DNA of 63,798 nucleotides, filler included, from Octopus bimaculoides (lineage: Eukaryota), in the NCBI RefSeq assembly GCF_001194135.2. It is 5 parts of 5 records of this genome, joined end to end, with 100 filler letters (N's around TTAATTAATTAA, not from the genome) between each part and the next. Parts side by side here need not be neighbours in the genome. Positions count along the whole stretch, not along the records: positions 16,579 to 42,377 come from NC_068986.1; 4 more parts are not named here. One strand, 5' to 3'. The notes beneath the pieces are model-generated. The model was not told where the DNA came from. It did not search any database and saw nothing but the letters and a program-made list of their open reading frames with translations. Each line of letters begins with the position of its first letter. The first letter of the stretch is position 1. Shown in pieces: positions 25,116 to 38,369 of the stretch. Position numbers and translations under genes: made by a program.

Positions 25116-25250
25116 AAAGTTTCTTTCAGCTTCCATCTACTAAATCCACTCACGAGGCTTTGGTCAATCCAAGAACATAGCAGAAGGTGCCACACAGTAG
25201 AACTGAACCGGGAATCATGTGTTTCGGAAGAAAGCTTCTTATCACACAGT
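24810..25250 (-). mobile_element. SINE family 2: tRNA head, internal microsatellite, 3' body
   Basis: Head 25115-25250 (reverse of aagaagcttgcttcc...ggttcagttc), (CA)/(TG) block, body 24810-25020 ending tgactgaaacaagtaaaaga on the minus strand. Confidence 0.85.
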
Positions 25251-25315
25251 AGAAAGAAATTTCACTTTGAGCATTAAAGTTAATTGATTACCGGAACTAC
25301 ATTGTTCTACTGAAT

Positions 25316-25530
25316 AAGGCGGTGAGCTGGCAGAAACGTTAGCACGCCGGGCGAAGTGCATAGAAGTATTTCGTGTCTTGACGTTCTGAATTCAAATTCC
25401 GTCGAGGTCGACTTTGCCTTTCTACATTTCGGAGTCGATAAATTAAGTACCAGTTACGTACTGGAGTCGATCTAATCGACTGGCTCCATCCCAAAAATTA
25501 TGGGCTTTGTACCTAGAGTAGAAAAGTATA
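25316..25530 (+). mobile_element. tRNA-derived SINE family 1
   Basis: aaggcggtgagctggcagaaacgttagcacgccgggcg...gaattcaaattccgtcgaggtcgactttgcc. Confidence 0.9.
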
Positions 25531-26193
25531 TTGTTCTACAGAATATATCAATAGATTTTAAAGTCGAAATTGTACATACCCTTTCAATAAAAACAATGTT
25601 TTTGCGAACAGAACAAGAAGGAATAGGGGAAGCAGTTTCAATCCTTCAATTGAGATTTCATCAACGGTTACGAGGCAACATTAAATGTCCGTTAGATCTT
25701 TATCTACATACTATTTCTAAGATCGCAACTAAACTGAATAGAGAATAGAATATAAAATTGTATGAACACATTGTTTATACATCAGAAATGTATGAGTCGG
25801 ACTAGTTGCTAAGAATGTATTATATCTGCATATGCAAGGGGGTCTATCATGTTTCTTTAAGACCTTATTAATTGTATATATANNNNNNNNNNNNNNNNNN
25901 NNNNNNNNNNNNNNNNNNNNNNNNNNNNNNNNNNNNNNNNNNNNNNNNNNNNNNNNNNNNNNNNNNNNNNNNNNNNNNNNNNNNNNNNNNNNNNNNNNNN
26001 NNNNNNNNNNNNNNNNNNNNNNNNNNNNNNNNNNNNNNNNNNNNNNNNNNNNNNNNNNNNNNNNNNNNNNNNNNNNNNNNNNNNNNNNNNNNNNNNNNNN
26101 NNNNNNNNNNNNNNNNNNNNNNNNNNNNNNNNNNNNNNNNNNNNNNNNNNNNNNNNNNNNNNNNNNNNNNNNNNNNNNNNNNNNNNNNNNNNN

Positions 26194-27414
26194 NGATGAC
26201 GTAAATGACATTGCTAGAAATGCAGGTGATATGATAGGGTCGATGATGCGAGGTAAGAGCAAGTGCGGCAGCGTGGGCGACAGCAGGGGAACGAGCCAGG
26301 CTAGGAGGTTGGGTTAGAGAAGGAGCTGTGGACCAAGATGTCTCGTAGGTTGTGGGCTCGTTTGAAGGAGGGATGGGTCGGTTAAGGAAGATGTGCGAAG
26401 TGGAGGGGTCGGCCTGGAGTCGATAGAAGGCTCGGAGAATAGTGCGTTGGTGAGGTAGGGTGGTGAGGTGGTAGATGAGGGGAAACGGCAGATGGGTGAA
26501 GCGGAGGCAGGTGCGGGAGGGGGGAAGAGCAGGTGCACGGTCCGCGGAACGTGCTCTGGCAAGGGCGGTGCGGATAATTGTGAGGGGATATCCACGTAGG
26601 ATGAAGTGGCGAGCAATGAGTTGAGACTGAGTCTCAAAGTCATGGTCATCACCGCAGAACCTGCGTAGACGGAGGAATTGACAATAGGGGATGGAGAGCT
26701 TGGTGTGTTTAGGGTGAGGGGAGGAGAAGTTGGGGCATGAGTGTGAGTCTGTGTGCTTGTAGTGGATGGTGGTGGTGAGAGTGGAGTGATGAATGCTGAC
26801 CGAAATGTCGAGAAAGGCGACGGAAGTGTCAGAAATGGTGCAGAAGTGGCGTGCAGGACGGAAAGATTTGACAAAAGAGAGGACAGAGTCTAAATGTTCG
26901 CGGGAGAGTGAGGCGGTCGCACCAATACAGTCGTTAATATAACGACCGTATAGTTACGGAGCGAGACCAGTGAAACTTGAGAATATTTGTGCCTCAACCT
27001 AATCAACGAACAGGTTCGCATAGTTGGGGCCCATTCTCGTTCTCAAGGCCACTCCCGAGATTTCCAGGTAAAAATCACCCGCGAACGAAAAGTAGTTAAG
27101 TGAGAAGACAAGTTGGGCCGGACGAAGGAGTGTGGATGTGTCAGGTTGGGGGTTGGGTCCAAGGTCAAGACAATGCTGGAGTGCACGCAGGACCTCGTTG
27201 TGAAGGATCACCATGTTGAGGCTTTTGATGTCAAGAGTGAAGAGAAGTTTAGAGGGGCCAGGTGGGAAGGAGAAAGTGTTGAACAAACGAAGAGCATGGT
27301 TGATTTCATGGATGTCAGAGGGGAGGGAAGCCACCAGGGGGGCAAGGACATGGTCAAGATATATCTGGAGATGAGTTCGGTGGGGCAGTTGCAGGCGGAG
27401 ACGATGGGGCGGTC
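26194..27414 (-). mobile_element. GC-rich Penelope-like element RT fragment (lineage B, Neptune/Poseidon-like)
   Basis: RPIVSACNCPTELIS, LFTLDIKSL, GVALRTRMGPNYANLFV, GRYINDCIGA (normally YIDD), TIHYKHTDSH...HPKHTKLSIPYCQFLRLRRFC. The left end runs into a gap. Confidence 0.9.
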
Positions 27415-27551
27415 ATATATATATGTGTGTGTGTGCGTGTGTGTGTGTGTGTGTGTGTCTGTGTGTGTATGTGTGTGTGCGTGTGTGTGTGTGTGTGTAT
27501 GTATTTATGTATGTATATTTGTTGTTGGCTAAATTTATATGTACATGTATG

Positions 27552-27590
<39 letters not shown>

Positions 27591-30075
27591 CTGTCTGTCT
27601 GTCTGTATGTATGTATGTATGTATGTATGTATATCTATATCGAAAAAGCATAATATAGCATTGAAACAAATAATTGTTAACTGTTTAGTGATTTACGAAT
27701 ATCACAAACTGGAAAGCGTGCGTTTCATATGCAAATTAGTTTATCCTATTTGCTATATTTATAAGCAGAATGTTCATGGACATTTAATGAGGAAATGCAG
27801 TCACTGATAAAAAATTCCGGCTAATCCTTCTTTCTCTCTCCACAAACATAATATTTCGTATATACAAAGTGTTAACATATGTTTGTTCATACACTGTCAG
27901 CTCAAATTCTTTGCAGTTATTCGATAGTACAATACAGCATTGGTGTTAATGTTCTATTCTAACGCATATATGAGAAAAATTTTTAATTTTTCTTTACGTT
28001 TTTATTTTAACATTTGTAATTTGAATCCTTTTGTGAGTGTGTAAGAGTTCTCTTTTCAGTCGTAGCTGTTATTCCTATCAACCTCATATGAATGCAATTC
28101 AATAGCGTTTGTTATAGCTGAAAAGTATGTATGTTATATTTTGCAAACTGATCTAAAACATAAAACAGATGAACACTTTAGACACAAAATTTGCTGTTTA
28201 AGCGCAAAATTGCTGACAAGAGCAAATCTGTTATTTAACAACTGCTCTGTCTGGTTCATTCATTATATCCACTTTAGAACATTCGATTTCGATATTATAA
28301 ACAACAAAACTGTTCGGCATTTCTATTTCATTTAATTATCTGCTCAAAGCATCTGGCGTATTCATTATTCGCTTCTTAGATCATCTATGGCGGAATGCCA
28401 ATCTACGACTTGTTAAAATAAATACAAACCACCCCATGTAAAGCAACATCACAAATTGTAATTATGAAAGTAACTATAACATTAAGTTGTAAATATTTGC
28501 TAATTAAATCAATTTATTTTATCTCATTAACAATTAATATTTGGTATCTTAGATGACTTGCAGCTTATTTCGAAAGAAATAATCTTTTTCTAGATTCTGG
28601 TCAGATCAACAGTCTTTATCTGTTATTGGTACATTGATCATCGGAAATATAGTTTGCGGAATGTCTATTATTAGAATAAAGAACGATATTCAATAATCAT
28701 AAGGTTACAGAACTCATTTAATTTAGCTATTTGTCAACTATTTATTGAATATGTACATCACCGAATACAACGTGTTTTTTTTCCTTTATATAACTACATA
28801 TTACGTAAATGTGATGTCTTGTGACCGAATAAGATTACAGACAGTTTGTTCATAGAGTTTTTTATTCTAATTCATAGATATTGCAGTGATAATGTTATTT
28901 CAGCTAAAATTTAAGCTTATTTCGCACTAAACATATTGTTCTGCTAACTTCATTTCATTTTGGTTATGTATAGAAAACAAATGTGATATCTAGGCCAGTC
29001 TTGTCCTTACAAATATCATGGCAATATTAATCTAGCCAGATGGTAGCCGTTAATAATATGGCCGAATTTGAAAAATGAAGCAATTATTATAATATATGGT
29101 ATCTCATAAATAACGTAACGTTACGTAATATTTCTGTGTCTATATTTATCTCTATTGTCATACATAAGTATAGTATCTGCTATCGTTTAATGCGATACAA
29201 TTTCCATCATTGAGATTCTAGTTTTATAGTGGCGTCAGAATTCTTATAAATAGTTTTGCAATATGTTTTCGCATAGAAAATAACAACAATGCTGCTGTTA
29301 CCACTAAATCCGCGGATACATAACCAGAATATTAATATGAGTCACAATAACAACGATTTGCAGTTGAGAAGCTATTCTGTCAGATTTTTAAAACCATCTG
29401 TATAACATCTTGTCTATTGTTAGCTGACACAATTCAATATCACTGTGTGACTGTAGTGACCATCACACAGTAAAAACGAGATTCCAGACGAGTAAATTTC
29501 CCGGTGGAGTTTCGAATCTCAGTTCAATCTCATATCACTTGCGCTACTAGAAATATTTATAATTAAACTGAAATCCAGCATATTAATTATTAGCTTATTG
29601 AGATTCTAAAATAACTGAATATAAAACAATTGTGACAATGTCCTCCAAATTTCTGTTACAAATTAATTATATATATATTATACTATATTGTAAAAACTGT
29701 GGATTTGTAAAATCAGTAGAGCGTCGGGCAAAATACCTAACATTTCTTAGTTATGGTTTTTTATGCTCAAATCCAAATTTGTTCGACTTTACGTTTTGAC
29801 CTTACCGGCGCCGATTGAGGAAATATTACATGCCAGGCGTGCAATGAATGACTTTCTTTCATCCACCAGGATTTGTGTGTCTCAAATTAAAGATTGTTAT
29901 TCCATATCGCGCGTATACCCCTAGGCATTATATGCATGTGTTCTCACAATGCAAATATATATTTACATACATGTTCGTGTCTGCCTATGTAAATAGCGAG
30001 ACAGACAGACAGCAGGCAAACAGACAGCAGGCAGACAGACAAACAGATAAACTGAGGCAGAAATAGACAGATATC

Positions 30076-30565
30076 TTTTTATTATAGCCACACAGGGCTA
30101 AATACAGAAAATGGACAAATTACAAAGTAGAGCTTTTGGGGGGGGGNNNNNNNNNNNAAAAAAAAAAAAAACGTGGGAGGGGGCGATCAATAGGGATCGT
30201 GTATCACAGTCGATGTAAAAAACGGGGAACAGATTAGGTTTATCCGTGGAGAGAAAAGCCTACGGAAAAGACCACGGTCACCTCAGGCTTTTTTTTTAAA
30301 GGTACATGAAAGTAAGTACCTTCTCTCTTTTTGTCTCTTTTTGTTACAAGTCTATGCTTAAAATGGTGTCGTCTTTCATTCTTACCATTCTTGCCACATT
30401 TACCCATTTTTTATTGAAACTTTCATTCGACAACACTTTCCTCTCTATCCTCATCCTCCTTTTTAAGTGGTACTTGAAAAAGTTGACGAGGGACTGACCA
30501 GAGAGGAAAGTGTTTGTTTGTAGACCTTTCAAACGCGTCCACCACACGCATTCTTTTGCCATAGC
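30076..30565 (-). mobile_element. 3' end of a LINE, tentatively L1/Tx1-like
   Basis: ORF end AKECVWWTRLKGL...FFKYHLKRR...FNKKWVNVARM...L*, then a 3' UTR ending tttagccctgtgtggctataataaaaag. Clade assignment is from memory and unverified. Confidence 0.5.
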
Positions 30566-30694
30566 TAAGACAGATAGACAGATATCTAGGTAGCTAGACA
30601 GTTAGATATATAAATAGATAGACAGACAGACAGACAGGCAGTCAGGTGGGCAGGCAGGCAGGCAGGCAGACAGACAGATAAGCAGATAGACATG

Positions 30695-30754
<60 letters not shown>

Positions 30755-30831
30755 CAGACAGGCAGACAGACAGACAGACAGGCAGTCAGTCAGACAGGCA
30801 GGCAGGTGGGCAGGCAGGCAGGCAGACAGAC

Positions 30832-30888
<57 letters not shown>

Positions 30889-30890
30889 CG
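30560..30890. repeat. Compound (GATA)/(GACA)/(GGCA) microsatellite with two higher-order units
   Basis: The block gaca...ggcaggtgggcaggca...gata occurs twice. Confidence 0.9.
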
Positions 30891-31260
30891 CGACCCATGA
30901 ACATTCATAACAAACAAACGGGAAACGGTCTCGGTCATTTCATCTCTCACGCTAGAACTCGGCATAGATAAGTGCGCAATATTAGTCATAAAAAGAGTCA
31001 GCTTGTCAGTAGTGAAGGCATTCATTTAGCAGATGGCCAGGCATTAAAATCACTAAAAGGAGTAATTTATAAGTATAGAGAAAATTAAGGTGTACATCAG
31101 GTGTACACCCCGCTGCCTTACTTATCATAGTAATATTAAATACAGATAATTCCGATGAGGTCGAATTTGTCTTTTATCCTTTTGGGGTCGATGTAATCGG
31201 CTTACTCCAAAATTACTGACCTTGTGCCAATACTTGAAACCAGTATCAAATACGAGTATA

Positions 31261-31458
31261 AAGAGGCGAGCCGGCAGAATCGCCAGCAGTAGCTTTTCGT
31301 CCGTCTGCACATTCTGAGTTCAAATTCCGCCAGGGTTGGCTTTGCCTTTCACCCTTTCGAGGTCAATAAAAAATAAGTACCAGTTGAGTACTGAGGTAGA
31401 TGTAATCAACTTGCTCCTCCCACAAAATTGCTGAATTTGTGCCAAAATCTGAAACCAC
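31261..31458 (+). mobile_element. SINE family 1 copy, preceded by a 3' half copy at about 31150-31240
   Basis: ggcgagccggcagaatcg...gagttcaaattccgcc...ctttcgaggtcaataaaaaataagtaccag. Confidence 0.85.
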
Positions 31459-33682
31459 TATCACTTATCATAAGTATAATTCTACTTGAGTTGCATTTTA
31501 TGACAGGCAGTTTGTATACTGCAGCTGTAAGAAACTCACTTCCAATAAATTATTTAGATGTAAAATTCTTACAGATTCTTACGTGAGTCAACAAATATAT
31601 ATATTAGGCATATTAAATATTTTTTTTTTTGTCCAGCGTCTAACATGTTTTCTATTGTGGATAAATCAGATGTGTTATTCAAAACAAAATTGCTTTACAA
31701 TTTTATTTTATTTGTGAGTCAAATTTTTGACCGTATATTAAAATCGAAGGCGCCTACCGTCTTTAGCTATATCTGTGAAAATTATGTAGTAAGCTGGAAT
31801 GTATTGAAATGAAACTAAGTTCTGAGTGCATGTAAATGTTATCTAGAGATCAACTAATTGCATTTTCGTTTCTTGACGAAATATTTTAGTACGAAACTTT
31901 GTTATAGAAGCTTCATTATACTTCACGAAAGATGTGAATGAAGTCCATCACATGCAATTTCATACTCATTGGCTAACGACGTACAGTTGGATAAATTGCA
32001 CATATGAATATGTGTTTGATCTTGATGTATAAGGATTTGCAAATATAATTTCCCTTTGAAAACGTTGAGAAATTATGCGATCAGAAGTTCCTTTCTCCTA
32101 CTTTGGTCACTCCCCTAGTTAAGGAAAAGAGAATGATGACTCCGCGAGAAAACTAAGTCGGCACGAATACCCACAAAACGATGATTTCTCAGTTGCCAAT
32201 TTAATGTATCATTAAGAAACAGTAAATATATTAATCATAAAATATATCATCAAAATCTTTCATCGTATGTCTACCACCTGAGTAATGGTGTTCTCCTTTT
32301 ATGTATCTCTTAAATATGTCATAATTTATGCGATATAGCGTATAGAAGTGAATGGAATGAATGATTAAGATATTGCCTTCATATTTAGAGCTTTACCTGG
32401 CTTTATCTAGTGATGGGAAATAGGAATCTCATCACCTTGTTAATATTACATGAGATAATGGGTTTCCAATGTAGAGGAACATTTATCTCTTTTACGCCTA
32501 GAGACATGAAGTTAAATCTGAAGACCAAGAACAACGAAATAACCTTTATCTCTACCTGCTAGAAACTGCAACCAAATTTCCCTCAAAATATTTTCATACG
32601 TCTGTATAAAGTAAGGATACATAAAGCATCTAGTCTTGTGTCAAAAATTAAATTCAATGAACGTGACTGTTTAATGAGGACTGAGCTAAAAAAAACACTC
32701 TAAACAATGATAATAAAATATGGCCTGTAGCTCAACCAAGGGACATACGGAAAACAAGAAAAACACTTGCTTAGTCCCTCATCAGCTATTGACCAAAGCA
32801 GTTATTTTCTGTCCAGTAAACACTTATATTTTATAATGCATATCATTAAAATAATTGTAGATACTTTAACCAGTTTTAAAAGTTTCTCGACGTGTATTAT
32901 AACGGCTCCTGGTTTGAGCCATTGTTGATGTTGCTTTGCAACATTTCTATTTATTTGAAATAAAACATGACCGAGATAAATTGTGTTAGTATGTGTATAT
33001 ATGTATCTGCGTGTCTGTATGTGTCAGTGATGACATCCTAAGCATAGATATTCTGCATTGCCAAACTATCTCAGTGTCGGTGATTGTGTAACGATTTTAT
33101 CTAAGACGTACAACAAAATAAACATTCGTTGTCGGTGCAAACAGGTTGATCGTGTAAGTTTTCATTGAAAATTATTCAAAGCTACATTGGGCTGTTGTGA
33201 TAAATCTTTAATATAAATAAACTGTCTAATAGCTATAGATACTAGAATTAGCAAATTAATCATCGTGTGTGTCGATACCATAATCACGCCAATTTGATCG
33301 TTGTCGTCGTAGTCGCCATCTTCCTTGTTGGTGAGTAATGTTGCTGTTTCGCCACAAGGTTAAAGTTATGCGAAAAAGTATAGCCACACATTCTGTCCAG
33401 TGTGCCTAAGTTCATGCAAACGTATGTGCCCTTCATGAAAAAAATCATACGCGAGGTTTGGGTGAGATTTTGTTACTATTTCCAGCAGCTCAAGCGATAA
33501 AATAGAGTTTCCCGTGCACACACATTTTTAGAAGCATTCTTCTAATCATTCTTAATTCACTGTTAATGTGAGGTGAGATTCAATTCGATAGACACTTACC
33601 AAATTCTACAAATATCGATTTCAAGTTGGTCTAACAGCTACGTCTTGGAGAATTCTCTTCCAGTTTGAGAATATTATAACTA

Positions 33683-34561
33683 CGAGGGTAATCCAAAAAC
33701 TAAGGTCTCCAAAAGTATCTAGAAATCACAGAAACGTTTATCGTCAATGATGTTTATAGCATTTTAAAGTTTGGACATTTATCTATATTTCTACATAATC
33801 GTCATTTCGGTTAATGCATTTTTGTTGGCGCTGGGGTAGTTTTTGTATGCCTATGTCATAACTTCTCCCCGTCATGTCGTTGAGGAAGCGTTGAACCTCA
33901 TCTTTCCCCTCGTCGTCGTTGCTGAAGCGTGTTCCGGCCAAATGTTCTTTCGACTTAGGAAACAGGTGGTAGTCGCTGGGTGCCACGTCCGGACTATAAG
34001 GTGGGTTACCATTTATGGTCTACTGTGAGCATTCGTGGCACCCATCTTGCGCACACCTTCCGATATTGCAACTTTTCACTCAAAACTCTATAAATGGTGC
34101 TTCGAGAAACCTCAGGAACCAAAAATGCGGAGATCATCCAGAGTGATCTACCGATTTTCACGCATGATATGCTCAACCTTTGCGACTGTCTCGTCAGAAA
34201 TTGATGGTCACCCGCTTCTTTCTTCGTCATGAATTTCAATACAACCAGGTGTAAACTCCCTACACCACTTGTGGACGGTTTTGACCACCTTCACGTCTCG
34301 CTATACGCTTCCGTTAATTGGCGATGAATTTCAATCGGTTTAATGCCTTTTGCGTTCTAAAACTGAATAACTACGCGAACTTCACACTTGGCGGTAGCGT
34401 CAATCGGTAATTCCTTCAGATATGAGTACTAAGCCAAGACTGAGCGTCGCAGCGAGGCGCACGCAGGGACAGATGCAGGCGCATGCACAACAAACACAAC
34501 AGCCGCACAGTTTCACTGCGTCCCCAGCGCTTTGGAGGCCTTACTGTTGTGATTCCCCTCG
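33683..34561 (-). mobile_element. Internally deleted mariner (Tc1/mariner) element with both TIRs and TA target duplication
   Basis: TA|cgagggtaatccaaaaactaaggtctcc on the left and ggaggccttactgttgtgattcccctcg|TA on the right. Transposase motifs YRKVCARWVPRML and PPYSPDVAPSDYHLF. Confidence 0.9.
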
Positions 34562-34682
34562 TATATTAACTGCATGAGGTAAGGTATCAATAACGATCTC
34601 CATATTTTGAACATTTACTTCATTTTTATGAATTAAATTTGTACATCTCTAATATCATTTAAGAATTTGTAACTTTCTAACG

Positions 34683-34935
34683 GCGCATGCCCTACAGGTT
34701 AGAGTGTTGCGCTTGTGATCGCAAGATCATAGTATCGATTCTTGCACCGGACAATACGTTGTGTTCTTGAGCAAAGCACTTCCTTTCCACAGTGAGTGGA
34801 TTACCTGTGAGAAGCCACTCACAGGTAACTAAGGAATTCTATGACGGACTGTTGTCGGTTCAGGGGAGGATATGTAATCGCTTATATGCCATGCAAACCG
34901 AGTAAGTGGCCCTATGAATCCTGGGACTCGAGACA
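34683..34935 (+). mobile_element. tRNA-derived SINE family 3
   Basis: ggcgcatgccctacaggttagagtg...gtatcgattcttgcaccgg...gtgttcttgagcaaagcacttc. Confidence 0.75.
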
Positions 34936-35019
34936 GTGATAATTTGTAACACTGGTTTATCTTTGTTACATAAATAACTTTTATTAATTTTCTTTTAAAT
35001 TTCTCTCACATTTCCCAAT

Positions 35020-35600
35020 ATAATTCGTACATTTGTAACGAGGTTTTCACTTGTTTAACATACAAATTTAGGTACTTCATGTACATAAAACAGTTGAACT
35101 GCTTGCTATAATGTTTTTAGATATATACAGCATTGTTCAGTAGTATGTTGGTTGAGACAGAAACGAAAATCTTGTGGAATATTTCTCTTTCGAGAGGGAT
35201 CAGTCTTGCTTCAACAAATCCCTCGTTTGTTGGTATCTGTAAAACATCTTCCATTTAATTGTGACATATTTGATGTAGCTGCCTCTTTGTTGATATTGGC
35301 TAATGTTTCCTAAATCTATAATTGGAGATTACTGTCAAACGATATCTTGTATATTGATGCCAGATATCCAAGTATGCCAACTTTAGTTCCAACTTTCTAT
35401 TACAATCTTCAGATATGGTTTTCATTGTAATTAAATGAGCTTTCTGTTATTCAAATAGTATGTTTTTATTTTTCATCCAAGCAATCATCCTTTGCTATGA
35501 GATTACCATAAAGCTTTTGCACATTGTAGTCTAGCAAATGATATTTCTGTAGTTTTGGGATATTATTATCCTTCAGTGATCGGGATTAAGCTGATTTTGC
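35020..35600 (-). mobile_element. Old, very degenerate R4/Dong-like RT fragment
   Basis: Relics resembling NYRxIxC, ILFE.QK and YKxxFDS in the expected order. Confidence 0.4.
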
Positions 35601-35654
35601 CCCCAGTAGATTAGTCCTCTTCTAGCTCTTATGAATATTTTATACTTTTTCATC

Positions 35655-36030
35655 TTTTGCCTTTTACTTGTTTCAATTGTTGGAATGCGGCCATGCTGGG
35701 GCACTGCCTTGAAGAGTTCCAGTCAAACAAATCGACCCTGCTGCTTATTTATCCTTTTAAATCTAGTATTTATTCTATTTTCCAATTTTGTCGAACCACT
35801 AAGTTATTGTGGAGTAGACAATCCAACACCGGTTATTATGTAGTGGGGGAACAAACACAAGCACAAAAACATACCCACATATAGAGACTCCTACATACAC
35901 ATATATATGGCTGGCTTCCACACAGTTTCCGTCTTCTAATTCACTCACAAGACACTGGTCGGCTCGAGGTTATAGTAGAAGACATTTGCCCAAGGTGCCA
36001 CACAGTGAGACTGAACCCAAAACCACGTGT
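35655..36030 (-). mobile_element. SINE family 2 (head, short microsatellite, body)
   Basis: Same two-part layout as 24810-25250. Confidence 0.8.
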
Positions 36031-37078
36031 AAGTCAATTTCTTAGCTATTAGTTGCCTCAGGACCTTATTTATGTGTTATTCTAAAATCTGGCTCAGCCT
36101 TTTTAAAATGCCAGCGTTGTTCATGTAGGAGTTTGTTTCTACTTTTATTTAACATTATCTCCCGCTGGCATCCGTCTAATATATATTCACTGTTGCACAG
36201 AAGACATATGCTTTAATTACTGTCGTTGCTGCAATTGGTGTCCATGTTGCTTTGCTTAGACGCTCCCTTTCCTCGTTTGCACATTGACTTCAGGATATTT
36301 CTTACATTATTCTACGTTTCCCTAACACTTCTTTCGTCCTGTTGTTATATTTTTCATCTGTGTGCTTTCGTTATCAGCCTCATTAAAAACGAGATATCTC
36401 TTCATATATTTTCTATTATTCTCTATATATACGTGGTCCACCTTATTTGCTTGGGTTTTATTGTTCCTTTATGTGAACTCTTAAAGAAGTAGCAGCCTTG
36501 TTTGTGATTACTGAATCAGTAGCACATATTATATTTACCCTGTTTATATTGATGTTCACATCTGTTTCCAGTATTTTATGATGACCCTATATACGTTTTC
36601 TATTATTACTGAAGCTATTTAATCATTAAGTTTTATCTTTAGGAAGCTTTTTCATCAGTTCACAGGTTATCTTCTATCGATTTTAATTCTTTAAACTCTT
36701 CCTACTTTTACATTGTTGTCGTGTTGAAAATATCCAACTTTAGATCTTTCAACTCTTAGATCTAACTCATATTAAATAGCGTTCATATTTGTAGTGATCT
36801 ACTTCTGTTTGAGATTTACTGATAAGTATTCTGTAGCTATTTAGTAGTGTTTGTTATTTCTATTGTTTGATCTCCTTCCACTAGATCTATGTTTCTAGCT
36901 TATGTTATTATATGGTTATTTCGTTCGATGTGCTTATGTCCTGTTCTGACTTATAATTTTTTCATTACACCCGTATTGTTTTAATTTCATGTTAGATATA
37001 TATTGTGTCTCAATAGGTATCTTGCTAAATTATTTAATATCTTGAGATCCAAAGTTACTTCTATACCAGAACTATCAA

Positions 37079-37120
<42 letters not shown>

Positions 37121-37981
37121 ACTAGATACTATATACGTGTTATGGTAGTCTCATTTTTGTAAAGATATTTAAAGTAAAATATGTAGCTATAATATATGTG
37201 CCTAAAATTGAAACATTTCTTTCGAGATCATTTTTGCGTGTTCTCTTTTGTTTGAAGACCATTTATTTAGAATCTAATTTTAGATTGTCATCATATTATT
37301 TCAATCAATTACTGCTCCATATCAATTGCACCGATGCGACAATTTTCACATATTGTTTACATTCAATTCAAATAAAACAATCCACTTTGAATTTTGCATC
37401 GAAAACACCGTCTTTCATTGTACATTTTCACCGAATTTACCTGGAGATCATATGATCTGAAGTTTGTTAGTGTGTTTAGATGTAGTGGCTAATATGTTAT
37501 TATTTTACATGCTCCATTTGTTGCATGTTTTAAGATTAACCTACGACGTATTCATTCTCAAACGGTTGTCCTTTGTATAGTATTTCTTGCTTAGTTTTAA
37601 ACATATGTTTGTTGTTAACTGCTCGCCTTGTGTGTAGGCAGTGCTTCCATATTTTCTATTGTACTCAAAGTACTGTTCATAACAGGCGTTCCATCTCCCT
37701 ATTCTTCCGCTAAAGGGGATGTTAATGTTAATGCAGACAGTAAAGTTGAGTAGTATCTGTGTTTTGTGGAAGAGTTTACTGTACCAGCATGTGTAATTTG
37801 AACGAGTGGTAATTAATCCCTACCATTACAAGATCATTCCCCACGTCTACGGTTTCTGGTTATGAATTTTGATTATCAATAGTTGACCTTCACGACCATT
37901 TCAGATTCGAAGCATTCATTCTTCTTATAATCTAAATAATGGATTATACTCTGTTATACTAGATCAGCTACACACACACAG

Positions 37982-38046
<65 letters not shown>

Positions 38047-38188
38047 ACATAAAGTAATCGAGTCATTAGGACACTTATCCAGCAGAAACAGGTGTTGGGT
38101 GGAAATTAGAGGAAAATAATGCATTAATGAATAAATGCCTAAGATGTATAATTCTTTATGATGTCTTCTATGTTTGTATGTATGTATG

Positions 38189-38222
<34 letters not shown>

Positions 38223-38369
38223 TGTATGTGTGTATGTATGTATGTATGTATGTACTTATGTACGTACATGTGTGAGTGTGTATGTGTGTGTGTGCGTGTG
38301 TGTATTGTAGGCAGGTAGATAGTCGTTGGTTTGTATTTGTTTCTTTAAGTGAGCAAAATGTTTTATGAT

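Noticed and set aside
32735-32792. Minus-strand CTGATGA followed by a gggac/gtccc stem
   Set aside because: No GAAA, stem III or UH triplet follows, so it is not a hammerhead.
35378-35418. Minus-strand CTGAAGA...GAAA-gttggaac-TA
   Set aside because: Stems I and II do not pair convincingly, and it lies within a degenerate LINE coding relic.
36050-37960. Possible very old LINE coding relics on the minus strand
   Set aside because: Composition is suggestive but I could not read diagnostic motifs with confidence.
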